Source of the DNA: a virus
Lineage: Duplodnaviria > Heunggongvirae > Uroviricota > Caudoviricetes
Virus record (IMG/VR): IMGVR_UViG_3300032007_004072
Location: 74,223 to 138,222 of that record
Reading direction: 5' to 3' (one strand)
DNA length: 64,000 bases
A model generated the notes under the pieces. The model was not told where the DNA came from. It made no database searches and worked only from the letters and a program-made list of their open reading frames with translations. Position 1 is the stretch's first letter; the number at the start of each line of letters is the position of its first letter. This document shows, piece after piece, positions 10,088 through 19,748 of the stretch. The position numbers were made by a program, and so were the translations under genes.

Positions 10088-10760
10088 AATTTATTGTGGT
10101 GATAGTTATGCACTACTTCCGTCTATTATAACAAATTGTAAAAATCCTGTTATTGTTTCTGATCCGCCCTTTAATATTAATTATCACTATCGTACTTTTA
10201 AGGATAAAATTCCACATGAAGAATATATTGAAAAAATGAAGTATGTATTTTCTATGTGTCCGTCAGTAATAATTAATTATCCTGAAACAACATATGAAAT
10301 AGCTATTGCTATGGGTAAACCACCTGTAAAGGTTGTATCTTGGGTGTACAACTCAAATACTGCAAAACAACATAGGGATATTGCATTTTTTGATATTAAA
10401 CCAGACTTTAGGAAAGTCATTCAACCGTATAAGAATCCTAATGATAAACGTATTAAAGAGCGTATAGCTAGAGGTATTTTAGGTGGTAGACTTTATGATT
10501 GGTGGAATGTAAATCAAGTAAAGAATGTTTCTAAAGCTAAAACAACACATCCATGTCAAATGCCCTTAGAAGTAATGAAAAATATTGTAGGAATATTGCC
10601 AGATAATGTTACAATTATTGACCCGTTTATGGGTAGTGGTACAACAGGAAAAGCTTGTAAAGAGTTAAATAAAGATTTTATTGGCATTGATATAGATGAG
10701 ACTTATTGTAAAATAGCAGAAAATAGATTACAAGTAAAGGAGAATGATATTGGTGGATAA
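10080..10760 (+). CDS. N6A/N4C DNA methyltransferase (beta-type order)
   Basis: DPPF catalytic motif, HPCQMP, DPFMGSGTT SAM motif; start trimmed to ATG 10080. Confidence 0.92.
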   Translation: MIKIYCGDSYALLPSIITNCKNPVIVSDPPFNINYHYRTFKDKIPHEEYIEKMKYVFSMCPSVIINYPETTYEIAIAMGKPPVKVVSWVYNSNTAKQHRDIAFFDIKPDFRKVIQPYKNPNDKRIKERIARGILGGRLYDWWNVNQVKNVSKAKTTHPCQMPLEVMKNIVGILPDNVTIIDPFMGSGTTGKACKELNKDFIGIDIDETYCKIAENRLQVKENDIGG

Positions 10761-10968
10761 AGGAAATTATTTTCTTTATAGACTTTCAATGTATCAATGT
10801 ACATTTTGTAATTCAGATTGTCTTAATCTAGCTTGTCAGAGAAATAAGGATTCAGAAACATATACATATTTTAAAAAGTATAAAGATATTAAATTCTTAG
10901 ATGATTTTTCTCCTTATTGCACTAAATATAAAAAGCCATTGACGGTGGTGAAACACGATGTTACTTAA
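10744..10968 (+). CDS. hypothetical Cys-rich protein
   Basis: ORF track; CTFC/C..C..C.R. Confidence 0.6.
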   Translation: MILVDKGNYFLYRLSMYQCTFCNSDCLNLACQRNKDSETYTYFKKYKDIKFLDDFSPYCTKYKKPLTVVKHDVT

Positions 10969-11236
10969 TTTTGCACTTGTAATTGTAGCTGTTTGGGTAT
11001 TCTTATATATGATAGCTTATGCTTGTTTCTTTAAGTTTATGGGATTAGTTACTCGTGAACACGATGGAAATTATGAGCTATTTGAATTTTATTGGAATGG
11101 CATTACAAACGACTATAAATTAAATTTAATTTGTAGAGGGTCTGAAAGAACATATAATTTATGGAATGCAGACCCAGATATTACAGAACTTCATAAAATG
11201 ATTGAAGATATGAGAACAGATCCTTTTAGAAAATAA
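10958..11236 (+). CDS. putative membrane protein
   Basis: N-terminal hydrophobic helix. Confidence 0.65.
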   Translation: MLLNFALVIVAVWVFLYMIAYACFFKFMGLVTREHDGNYELFEFYWNGITNDYKLNLICRGSERTYNLWNADPDITELHKMIEDMRTDPFRK

Positions 11237-11409
11237 GCCTATTTTAGCCCTATTTTTCACAGGTATATATAAATGTATAGGGAGTGCTCTACTCGCGCTC
11301 CTAGCCTATGAAAATGGGGGTCTAGCGGGCAAATATTAAACAAAATTTAGTCTTGACAATTTAATCAGATTGTGCTATAATATTAGTACATAGAAAGGAA
11401 TGATTAATA

Positions 11410-11718
11410 ATGTCAAGAGTAAAAGATATTTGTCGTGTGTATGGTATTAGCTCTACTAGAGAATTATGTAGGATGCTTAATAATCAAGGATTTAGTGTAA
11501 CTCCTGCTACTATTGGGAACATTGAAAACCCCAATGTAAAATCTACATGGTGTCTTATACTAAAACTAGCTGATATATTTGGTGTTTCTACAGGTTACTT
11601 AATGGAACAACACGGAGCTATATCAGATCAAGAAAAAATATTAGAAGGGATCATGTATGTACAAGATGACTTCTTTAGAAAAATGAAACAATTAGAATTG
11701 GAGGAGGATGCAAGTTGA
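11410..11718 (+). CDS. XRE/Cro-type HTH regulator
   Basis: S.RELC...TIGNIE...ILKLADIFGVSTGYLM; own promoter and AGAAAGGA RBS. Confidence 0.82.
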   Translation: MSRVKDICRVYGISSTRELCRMLNNQGFSVTPATIGNIENPNVKSTWCLILKLADIFGVSTGYLMEQHGAISDQEKILEGIMYVQDDFFRKMKQLELEEDAS

Positions 11719-12005
11719 CAGACGAAATACTTGTAAGATGTAATAAACTTAAATCTCGTATAAATGAGGTAGATGCAATTCTTAAGGAGATAGAAGCTGT
11801 AAATACTGCAACAGGTGAAGAAATGACTTTACCTATCTGTATACAAGCAGGTATTCAAAATCCTACAGAGTTTTTCTTTGGTGAAGAGTTTTCTGACCCA
11901 TCTCTATATGAAGTAGATCTTGCAGTATATAAACTGATCGTGGATACACTTAAAAATTATAGAGATAGACTTCAGCAAACTTTTGAGGATATTAGAGATT
12001 ATTGA
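11715..12005 (+). CDS. hypothetical protein
   Basis: ORF track; GGAGG RBS. Confidence 0.65.
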   Translation: MTDEILVRCNKLKSRINEVDAILKEIEAVNTATGEEMTLPICIQAGIQNPTEFFFGEEFSDPSLYEVDLAVYKLIVDTLKNYRDRLQQTFEDIRDY

Positions 12006-12029
12006 TTTTTAAGATTGGAGGCAAGTATT

Positions 12030-12386
12030 ATGACAATTTTTGAGATTATGCAAGAACAGCAGAAGAAATTTAAGTTCTCCAAAAAAGGTATTCTTTATCT
12101 AAATGAATTTGAGGTAAAAGAAGAACCTAAAAAATCTAAGGTTAATAAAAAACCATTTATGCTCTATAAATTAGAGGAAAGTAAAGCCATCAATAAGAAA
12201 GCTAAGGATGAAATGAATAAGGCTCGTGTTCATGGTAATTCCCAATTTGCTACTTATGAATTGGGTAAAGATGGAGTTTTAGAATTTGTTCCTGCTAGTG
12301 AAATTGCAAGAAGGGCAAAAGAAGAAGCTGAAGCTAAAAAGCAAGCAGAAATTGAAGCATTAGTAAAAGGTGAAGAAGCAGTATAA
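12030..12386 (+). CDS. hypothetical protein
   Basis: ORF track, ATG 12030 after GGAGG. Confidence 0.65.
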   Translation: MTIFEIMQEQQKKFKFSKKGILYLNEFEVKEEPKKSKVNKKPFMLYKLEESKAINKKAKDEMNKARVHGNSQFATYELGKDGVLEFVPASEIARRAKEEAEAKKQAEIEALVKGEEAV

Positions 12387-12425
12387 TTAGTAAAAAGGCA
12401 AGTATTAACTGAATATATTTGGTTA

Positions 12426-12638
12426 GTGCTTGCCTTTATTTTATTGGTGGTGGAAATAATGATATTAAATTCAAAATCAAATGCAAATAATGTTGCAATA
12501 CTTTCCTATTGTGAATCAACTAAAGAATACTTTGTAGATGTATATGAAGAAACTAGCACTTGTTCGTTGTTTTTAATCGGCACTAGAAGATTTAAGCATA
12601 TAGAAGATGCCGAAGTAGCTTATGGTGAAACGCTATGA
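12426..12638 (+). CDS. hypothetical protein (start probably ATG 12459)
   Basis: ORF track. Confidence 0.55.
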   Translation: MLAFILLVVEIMILNSKSNANNVAILSYCESTKEYFVDVYEETSTCSLFLIGTRRFKHIEDAEVAYGETL

Positions 12639-12754
12639 TTACAGCGACTATCAAAACTTTTGGTAACTATTCATTACTTGCAGTAATTGATCAATTTACA
12701 TCACTTGTTAAAGCCTATCTTATTGTAGATGGTGAAGGTTCTCAAACATTTTAT

Positions 12755-14382
12755 CAGCAAGTTAAGACCTCCACCTCTATAGGTAGGGGATTGACAAAAC
12801 TCTAAAGATATGCTAGAATATCTATAAAGGAGGTGAATATTGTGCATAATCTACAAGACAAGTTTTTAAGATTAGGATTCTTGGAAGAATTAGAAAAAGA
12901 ATTTACTGCTGGGTATGTCTATGAAATATACCCAACTACTGAGCAACGTCAGTATATCCATAAAAATTGTGGCTGTAAACGTCAATTACATAATATATTT
13001 GTTGCTCAATTATATGATTATCTTGAAAGTATAAATTTTAAGTGTGGTTATATTCCTAAAGAATTTGTAAAGAATTTACCTACAGTTAAATCTATAAAAG
13101 AAAAGTTTTCTTATATGAAAGAAGTTGATTCTTTAGCATTGTCTGCCGCAAGATTAGATTTTGTAAATTCTATTAAGAAATATAATGATGAATATGTACC
13201 TAAAGGTAATCAATATAAAAAGAAAGCTCTTAAACAAGTTAAAACTATTGGTAAGGAGCTTACATTTAGAGATTTAAAGGGTATGCCTAAATTTTCAGCT
13301 AAATTCTTTTCTGAACAATCTTTTACTACCAATAATCAAAAAGGTACAGTAAGGTTAGAGGGGTATCTTGGAGAAAGTAGTAGGTACATGGCACTTGTAA
13401 TACCTAAGTTAAAGAATCCAATAAAACTAAGGTATCATCGTGACCTACCAGAAAATTGCAGAATAACCAAAGCAGTTATTAAGCGAATAGGTCAAGATAG
13501 ATATACTGTGTCTTTAATTGTAATATATACTAAAGAGTATGTTACATTAAAACATGATAAAGAAACTTTAGCTAAAGTTAAGGATTATTTAAATAATCAT
13601 AAAGAATTATGTCTTGGATTAGATTATGCACAACAAGGTGGATGTGTTCCTAGCAGTAAGGATAAAACCTTATTAGATAATATATTAGCATCATTTCAGA
13701 AGACATATCACAAGAATGAATGTAAGCTTAAAGCATTACAAAAGAAACTTGCGAAGAAGGAAAAACAAAGCAATGCGTACCTAAAGTTGCTTAAAAGAAT
13801 TCAAAAACTTCATAGGAAGGTAGCTAATATAAGGAAGAATGCACTACATATACTTTCTTTTAGGATAGTAAAGCAATTTGCACTAGTTTCTGTAGAAGAT
13901 ATTGATTTAAGAGCAATGTCACAGACACTTAAATTAGCTAAAAACTTGTTAGACAATGGTTTCGGCATGTTTAGGTTAATGCTAGAGTATAAACTTAAGC
14001 ATAAAGGCATGATCTTTGTAAAGATAAATAGGTTTGAAAAATCTACACAAAAATGCCATGAGTGCGGTTATATAAACACATTGACTAAAAATTTAGCTAT
14101 TAAGGAGTATGATTGTGGTGGTTGTGGTAAGCATCTATACAGAGATTATAATGCATCTTTGAATATTAGAGATATTGGAATATCTATGATTGAACCTAAA
14201 TTATTTGAGGAAAAGCAAAATAAGTTTTCTTTAGCTAATTTGCGTTCAAAAAGGGCAAGGAACTTGTCCTAAAGTCTAATGGGAGTTATCATATATATCT
14301 ACGTATAGGACAAGTTCTTATGCTTAGATGGTGAAGCAATGATAATTAGAAGCTCCCACTTCTATAAGTGGGAGTAGTTCAC
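12755..14382 (+). mobile_element. non-autonomous IS200/IS605-family element (tnpB only)
   Basis: Left-end hairpin CCTCCACC-TCTATA-GGTAGGGG after TTTAT; right-end hairpin CTCCCACTT-CTAT-AAGTGGGAG then TAGTTCAC; no target duplication; no tnpA in window. Confidence 0.88.
12833..14272 (+). CDS. tnpB: TnpB RNA-guided nuclease
   Basis: N-terminal Y.IYPT.EQ..., RuvC D (LGLDY), E (VEDIDL), zinc finger CHEC/CGGC, RDYNASLNI; start may be GTG 12842. Confidence 0.93.
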   Translation: MNIVHNLQDKFLRLGFLEELEKEFTAGYVYEIYPTTEQRQYIHKNCGCKRQLHNIFVAQLYDYLESINFKCGYIPKEFVKNLPTVKSIKEKFSYMKEVDSLALSAARLDFVNSIKKYNDEYVPKGNQYKKKALKQVKTIGKELTFRDLKGMPKFSAKFFSEQSFTTNNQKGTVRLEGYLGESSRYMALVIPKLKNPIKLRYHRDLPENCRITKAVIKRIGQDRYTVSLIVIYTKEYVTLKHDKETLAKVKDYLNNHKELCLGLDYAQQGGCVPSSKDKTLLDNILASFQKTYHKNECKLKALQKKLAKKEKQSNAYLKLLKRIQKLHRKVANIRKNALHILSFRIVKQFALVSVEDIDLRAMSQTLKLAKNLLDNGFGMFRLMLEYKLKHKGMIFVKINRFEKSTQKCHECGYINTLTKNLAIKEYDCGGCGKHLYRDYNASLNIRDIGISMIEPKLFEEKQNKFSLANLRSKRARNLS

Positions 14383-14400
14383 TCATATAGTAAAGCAGAT
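14273..14400 (+). ncRNA. putative TnpB omegaRNA 3' part plus guide (5' end probably inside tnpB)
   Basis: Position between tnpB stop and right end; guide would begin at 14383 (TCATATAGTAAAGCAG); boundaries inferred. Confidence 0.6.
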
Positions 14401-14438
14401 AAAGCTTTTGTTGAATTAATTAGGAAGGGGCAATAATT

Positions 14439-14747
14439 ATGGTAATTAATAGACCAGAAGATAAAAATACTGTAGAATTTATTTCTTATACAGGGAAATA
14501 TCCTAATCTTTGTAGTGGGATATTAACTTTAAAAATTAATGGTAAAACATATATATTTGGGTATGGACAAAAATATGATAGATTTTGGGAAAGTGGTGGA
14601 GGATTAGATAGAGACTATAATCCTACTATAGAAGAATGGCTTATAGATTGTGATTATCTTCCTAAAGAATTGGTTAAATATGCGGATCAGATTGATAGGG
14701 CAATAAATGAAAATATTCCTTTTGGTTGTTGTGGAGGTTGTGCTTAA
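14439..14747 (+). CDS. hypothetical protein
   Basis: YTGKYPNLCSGIL...CCGGC pattern recurring in phage proteins. Confidence 0.72.
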   Translation: MVINRPEDKNTVEFISYTGKYPNLCSGILTLKINGKTYIFGYGQKYDRFWESGGGLDRDYNPTIEEWLIDCDYLPKELVKYADQIDRAINENIPFGCCGGCA

Positions 14748-14914
14748 TGCTTTATAAGTTTTTTAAATTTTTAGCTAAAATTAGCTTAACTGTTAGTCTT
14801 TGGTTTTTAACTTTTGCAGCAAAGTCTGTAGGTGCAAAAGCTGCATATAAAGTAGACGAGTTAGAAGATGAATTGGGTTTTGATGTGCATTTTAGGTGGG
14901 TTAATAATGACTAA
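14747..14914 (+). CDS. hypothetical protein
   Basis: ORF track trimmed to ATG 14747. Confidence 0.55.
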   Translation: MLYKFFKFLAKISLTVSLWFLTFAAKSVGAKAAYKVDELEDELGFDVHFRWVNND

Positions 14915-15197
14915 AGAAGAGTTTAATAAAGAATATAAACGTGCTGAATATAGATATGCAGAGTTGAAACAGTACAAAAAGCTTTTTGATAATGCTGAAG
15001 AATTAGAATACAAACTTAAATTAATACATGAAATGTTTAATATACATCATATAGCTATATATAAGAATTTAAATAATTTTATTGAGTTTTACAATTTAAC
15101 AGATGCTGCACAAGTGGCTATTAAAACTATTATTGAAAATGATTTGGAAGAAAGACTTAACAAAATTAATGAAAAAATAAAGGAAATAAATTTATGA
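14907..15197 (+). CDS. hypothetical coiled-coil protein
   Basis: ORF track trimmed to MTKEEF. Confidence 0.6.
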   Translation: MTKEEFNKEYKRAEYRYAELKQYKKLFDNAEELEYKLKLIHEMFNIHHIAIYKNLNNFIEFYNLTDAAQVAIKTIIENDLEERLNKINEKIKEINL

Positions 15198-15529
15198 ATA
15201 AGTTTACTCTAGTTACTGTAATGTCTGTATTACTTACACTAGCTATAATATACGGTACTTGCATTGCAGTAGTATTCCTTATGTACATGGTATGTTATCT
15301 ATGATTGATATTATTTCAGATAGTATCATTCTAGGTGCTATATGTGGCACTTATGTATTATGTTTATTAGTATTGGCACAAGGTATTTTATGGCTGATTA
15401 AGAGGTATTTTTAATGGAGACACTATTTAATATCGGAATCGGATTACTTATTGTCTATGCTATAATTTTTATAATAACATTTGGTATTGCATGTAAAATA
15501 ATTTGGAAATGCTATAAAGAGGTATTCAA

Positions 15530-16507
15530 ATGAGTCTTGCAACTAAATACAGACCACAAACTTTAGATGAAGTAGTTGGTCAAGAACATATAATTAAAAT
15601 ATTAAAAGAAGAAATAGCTAATAATGATATTAAGCATTCTTATATCTTCATGGGAAAATCAGGTTCTGGAAAATCAACAATTTCTAGAATCATAGCTAAT
15701 ATACTTAATGCTTATGTAGTAGAAGTAGATTCTGCATCTCATAATACATCAGAAGATATGGCTAATATTATAGAATCTGTAAAGACTAAACCTATTGCAT
15801 ATGACAATACAGTTTTAATCTTAGATGAATGTCATTGTTTTGGTACTAAAGCAATTAGTAAACTCCTTCTTCTTTTAGAGTCTTTGCCGAGCTACCTTTA
15901 TGTTATAATGTGTACTACAGAAGAAAATAAAATACTTCCAACAATTAAAAACAGATGTGAGTGTTTTAATTTTCTTCCTGTTAATGTAAATAATATAACA
16001 AAAAGATTAGAGTATATATGTAATGAAGAACATTTTGTTGTGGATAACAATCGGTTTCTTGCAGAAATAGCTAAATCTGGTAGTGGATCTGTTAGACAAG
16101 CAATAGCTAATTTAGAACTTATAGCACCTAATATAACAATAGATAGAGTTAAGATGATTTATGATTGTAGCTATGATAACTTCTTAAATATTGTCTATTC
16201 AGTATCTGATAAAAATTTAAATGAAATTATAAATATCTTAAACAAAGTAGCAGACGCTAATAAGTTTACAGAATCTTTCTTTAGCTTTTTGCTTGACATT
16301 AAGATTTATAATAATACAAACAATATGGGTTTAACAACACTACCAACAGAATATGAAGAAGATATTAAGGCTTTAAAACATGAAGATATGGTGCATGTAG
16401 ATTCTTTAATAGATAAATTACTCAATCTCTTGACGGAGGTAAAAAAATCTGCTATAATGAAAGAGTTGTTATTGGCTAATCTTATGCAGGAGGTTCGTAA
16501 TGTTTAG
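15530..16507 (+). CDS. dnaX: DNA polymerase III gamma/tau-like clamp loader subunit
   Basis: LATKYRPQTLDEVVGQ, Walker A GKSGSGKST, LDECH, TIKNRC, GSVRQA. Confidence 0.93.
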   Translation: MSLATKYRPQTLDEVVGQEHIIKILKEEIANNDIKHSYIFMGKSGSGKSTISRIIANILNAYVVEVDSASHNTSEDMANIIESVKTKPIAYDNTVLILDECHCFGTKAISKLLLLLESLPSYLYVIMCTTEENKILPTIKNRCECFNFLPVNVNNITKRLEYICNEEHFVVDNNRFLAEIAKSGSGSVRQAIANLELIAPNITIDRVKMIYDCSYDNFLNIVYSVSDKNLNEIINILNKVADANKFTESFFSFLLDIKIYNNTNNMGLTTLPTEYEEDIKALKHEDMVHVDSLIDKLLNLLTEVKKSAIMKELLLANLMQEVRNV

Positions 16508-16663
16508 AGAATTTTTGGGTGAATTTCCTATAATCTTTATGATTAGTGCATTAGTTTACCTTCTTTGTTTTCCTTTAGATCCTAAAACAGCTTTAGAAAC
16601 ATTTTTAAAATTTTTTCTTTACGTTTTTGTAGCAAGTTTTATATTAAGATTTATTTTTGAAAG

Positions 16664-17020
16664 GTGGTTATAATTTTGGAACCTATTATTAGTCCTTGGC
16701 TTATTTACATAGTAGATGTAGCATCTACTATTAAAATTGTGTCTATGATAGTCATGATTTTAGGAATAGTTGCTGTAATTTTATTTCCTATGCTTGCAGA
16801 TACTGCTGATGTTCAAAAAGAAACACTAATTAGAATTGAAAAGTTAATAGGTGCAATAACCGTTGTATCTATATTATTGGTTATTTTCATTCCTACTAAA
16901 ACAACATTATTAATGATGTTAGTTCTTCAATATACTACTCCAGATAATGTTTCTTTGGTACAGGACAACATAATTGATTTTGTTCAAAAGATCGCAGAAG
17001 CTGTAAAGGTGAGCAAATAA
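16664..17020 (+). CDS. membrane protein (paralog of 17020..17298)
   Basis: PWLIY, two TM helices, IP...T, TPDN. Confidence 0.7.
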   Translation: MVIILEPIISPWLIYIVDVASTIKIVSMIVMILGIVAVILFPMLADTADVQKETLIRIEKLIGAITVVSILLVIFIPTKTTLLMMLVLQYTTPDNVSLVQDNIIDFVQKIAEAVKVSK

Positions 17021-17298
17021 TGATTAATCCGTGGTTAATTTATTTAATGAGTTGTGCTGACAAAATACTTTTGGTTGCATATATAATTGCATTTGTTAGT
17101 TTTGTTTATCTTATTGTTAAGCGCAGTGCATTAGTATTTATAATAAGTGTTGTAGTAATAATTATTATACCTAGTGAACAAACTTGTCTTGCTATAATTG
17201 CTTCACAAACAATAACACCAGATAATTTACCTACAGATATGTATAGCTATATAAAAGATTTGTATGAAACTTGTGGAAGGGTTGTGAATAATAGATGA
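17020..17298 (+). CDS. membrane protein
   Basis: INPWLIY...IPS..T..ITPDN. Confidence 0.7.
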   Translation: MINPWLIYLMSCADKILLVAYIIAFVSFVYLIVKRSALVFIISVVVIIIIPSEQTCLAIIASQTITPDNLPTDMYSYIKDLYETCGRVVNNR

Positions 17299-17480
17299 AA
17301 ACAATATTAGTAGCATATAAAGCAATTTATGTTGGTGAAAAAGAATTTGTAGTGCCAGATGATTTTGATATTACAAATGAGGATGCTGTATACAAACTTT
17401 TGGAAGATTATGGTGAAGTAAAACTTGTTGATGAAGCAGAATTAGACGAATTAGACTATGAGGATGTGTTCGAGTTATGA
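17295..17480 (+). CDS. small acidic hypothetical protein
   Basis: ORF track; ATGA overlap. Confidence 0.6.
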   Translation: MKTILVAYKAIYVGEKEFVVPDDFDITNEDAVYKLLEDYGEVKLVDEAELDELDYEDVFEL

Positions 17481-17957
17481 TAGATAGATTTTTAGATGGT
17501 TTTCCTATACTTGTAATAGTATGTTTAATCATGTGTTGTATACTTATATATTTGGGAGCACCCATGAGCATATCAGTATTTTTAAGCATATTATTTTGGG
17601 CATCTATATTTAATTTTATTTTACTTTGGCTAGAGGAGCGATTTCTGTGATGTGGAATATGTATCATTTTAGTTTCGATCAAGATAATGAGCGTGTAGGT
17701 TGTATTATTGAAGCAGGTTCATCTTATGAAGCTATCAGTACTTTTTGGGAAGAATATCCTAATGCGGAAAATGTAGAATTAGATGGCGGTGGTATTAATA
17801 ATAATTATGGAGAGATTAAAAGCTGATATTATTATTGGTATTCTTACCGCATTGGAACAGTGTGAAAAGAATAATCAATATAACGTAACACTAGATAATG
17901 TAACTCTTAATATTATTCATGATGCTTTATTATACTATTTAGAGGCAGGGATAATGT

Positions 17958-18506
17958 ATGAGTAACTATTTATTTATAACAAATAACAATGAAGCAGTAG
18001 AAGCATTAACAAAACAATATGCAAAAGACAATTGTCTTGAGTTTTATTCTTTTTATAACAATTCAGAAGACATGCAAAAGGTTCAAGAATTGTTTAGAAA
18101 TGCTGATAATTTATGTCTTTTTATCCAAAATCTAAACAAAGCAAATACTTCTGATGTATTGTTGAAAATTTTAGAGGAAAATTCTAAAAATATTCATGTG
18201 TTTGCTACAGGCAAAGATGATGTTAAGGAAGCTCTTAAAGCAAGATTTACAATAAAATACATTAAAGGTAAGTCATATATTAAATACATAAATGATTTTT
18301 TAGGTGATAAAACAATACCTAAAGAAGTATATTCTGATGTATATTTTTATAAAGAACTTGCTACATACTTTGTCAATAACTACGATAAATATACAATAGA
18401 TAACTTAAAACTTCTGCATAGTATTATTAATGACTTTACTTTAGCAACAACTAATCTTAATTATGATTATGAATATGAGAGATTGCGAGGCTTAAAATAT
18501 GATTAG
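17958..18506 (+). CDS. putative degenerate clamp-loader delta-prime-like subunit
   Basis: DVLLKILEENSKN and EALKARF resemble HolB NALLKTLEEP and PTIRSR. Confidence 0.5.
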   Translation: MSNYLFITNNNEAVEALTKQYAKDNCLEFYSFYNNSEDMQKVQELFRNADNLCLFIQNLNKANTSDVLLKILEENSKNIHVFATGKDDVKEALKARFTIKYIKGKSYIKYINDFLGDKTIPKEVYSDVYFYKELATYFVNNYDKYTIDNLKLLHSIINDFTLATTNLNYDYEYERLRGLKYD

Positions 18507-19164
18507 TCTTTATCACGATGATTGCTTTAACCTATTATCTAAGATTAAGTGTGATATTGTTTTTACTTCACCTCCATATAATAGAAGGCGTAATGATAAA
18601 TATAAAAACTACGATGATACAATAGATGATTATTTTGCTTTTCTTGTTAATTTTATAGACAATGTGCAATACAATAAGTATTTATTCTTAAACGTACAGA
18701 CAAATTTCTACAACAAGCAAGATATTTATAAAATTATTGGCAAGTATTATAATAAAATTCAGCAGATATTTGTTTGGGAAAAGTCTAATCCTATGCCCGC
18801 ACAAGGATTTAATATTACAAATGCTTATGAATATTTTTTAGTGTTCGGTGATAAAGCACTTAAATCTAATTACACATATACTAAAAATATATTAACAACA
18901 TCTGTTAATTCAGCTACAACAACAAAGATACATAGAGCAGTAATGAAACAAGAAGTAGCTGATTGGTTTATTTATAATTTTACTACACAGATAGATATTA
19001 TATTTGATCCTTTTATGGGACTTGGAACAACAGGTATTTCTTGTCTAAGATATAATAGAGATTTTATTGGTATTGAGAAAAATAAAGAGTATTATGATCT
19101 AGCAAGTGAAAGAATATCAGAGGTGGCAACTAATGGTTATAGAGCGAACATGGGCAATGCCTAA
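18499..19164 (+). CDS. N4C/N6A DNA methyltransferase
   Basis: TSPPY catalytic motif; DPFMGLGTT SAM motif. Confidence 0.92.
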   Translation: MISLYHDDCFNLLSKIKCDIVFTSPPYNRRRNDKYKNYDDTIDDYFAFLVNFIDNVQYNKYLFLNVQTNFYNKQDIYKIIGKYYNKIQQIFVWEKSNPMPAQGFNITNAYEYFLVFGDKALKSNYTYTKNILTTSVNSATTTKIHRAVMKQEVADWFIYNFTTQIDIIFDPFMGLGTTGISCLRYNRDFIGIEKNKEYYDLASERISEVATNGYRANMGNA

Positions 19165-19645
19165 TAAGAATACATTTTCTATTAAACCAATTAAACAATT
19201 ACTCATAGAAGAAGTAGATAACAAAAGTAATCTGTGGATAGATCCTTTTGCTAATACTAATAAGTGGGGTAATATAACTAATGATTTAAATCCAGAGTAT
19301 GATACAGATTATCATTTAGATGCATTAGATTTTCTAATACATTTTGAAAATGAAAGTGTTGATGGGGTTTTATTCGATCCACCTTTCGGGCCTCGTCAAG
19401 TCTCTGAATGTTATAAGGGATTTGGCATTCCTGTAACAATGCAAACAACACAAGCATCATTTTATGCCAACATTAAAAAAGAGATAGCAAGAATAGTAAA
19501 GCCTGATGGTAAAGTAATATCTTTTGGTTGGAATAGTGGAGGTATTGGGAAAACAAATGGCTTTATTATTACAAGAATTTTACTTGTTGCTCATGGTGGG
19601 TGGCATAATGATACAATATGTACTGTGGAGGTAAAACAATGGTAA
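19133..19645 (+). CDS. short phage adenine methyltransferase-like protein
   Basis: WAMPNKNTFSIKPI, IDPFAN, LFDPPF, AHGGWHNDTI motifs. Confidence 0.8.
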   Translation: MVIERTWAMPNKNTFSIKPIKQLLIEEVDNKSNLWIDPFANTNKWGNITNDLNPEYDTDYHLDALDFLIHFENESVDGVLFDPPFGPRQVSECYKGFGIPVTMQTTQASFYANIKKEIARIVKPDGKVISFGWNSGGIGKTNGFIITRILLVAHGGWHNDTICTVEVKQW

Positions 19646-19748
19646 CAGTAGGCTGGATTATACTTTTTGTAACAATGTGTGCATGTGAAGATTTATTTAC
19701 AGCTATATTCTTTTGTATTGGATTAGCTTTAGTTTTAGGGGTTTTATC

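Larger units (their letters stand above)
12635..14436 (+). pseudogene. 57-aa phage gene split by IS insertion (12635..12754 + 14383..14436)
   Basis: Removing 12755..14382 gives MITATIKTF...GSQTFY|SYSKADKAFVELIRKGQ*, ending just before the next ATG (14439). Confidence 0.8.

Noticed and set aside
12755-14382. IStron (group I intron plus IS)
   Set aside because: Only about 80 nt before and 110 nt after tnpB; no room for, or motifs of, a group I ribozyme.
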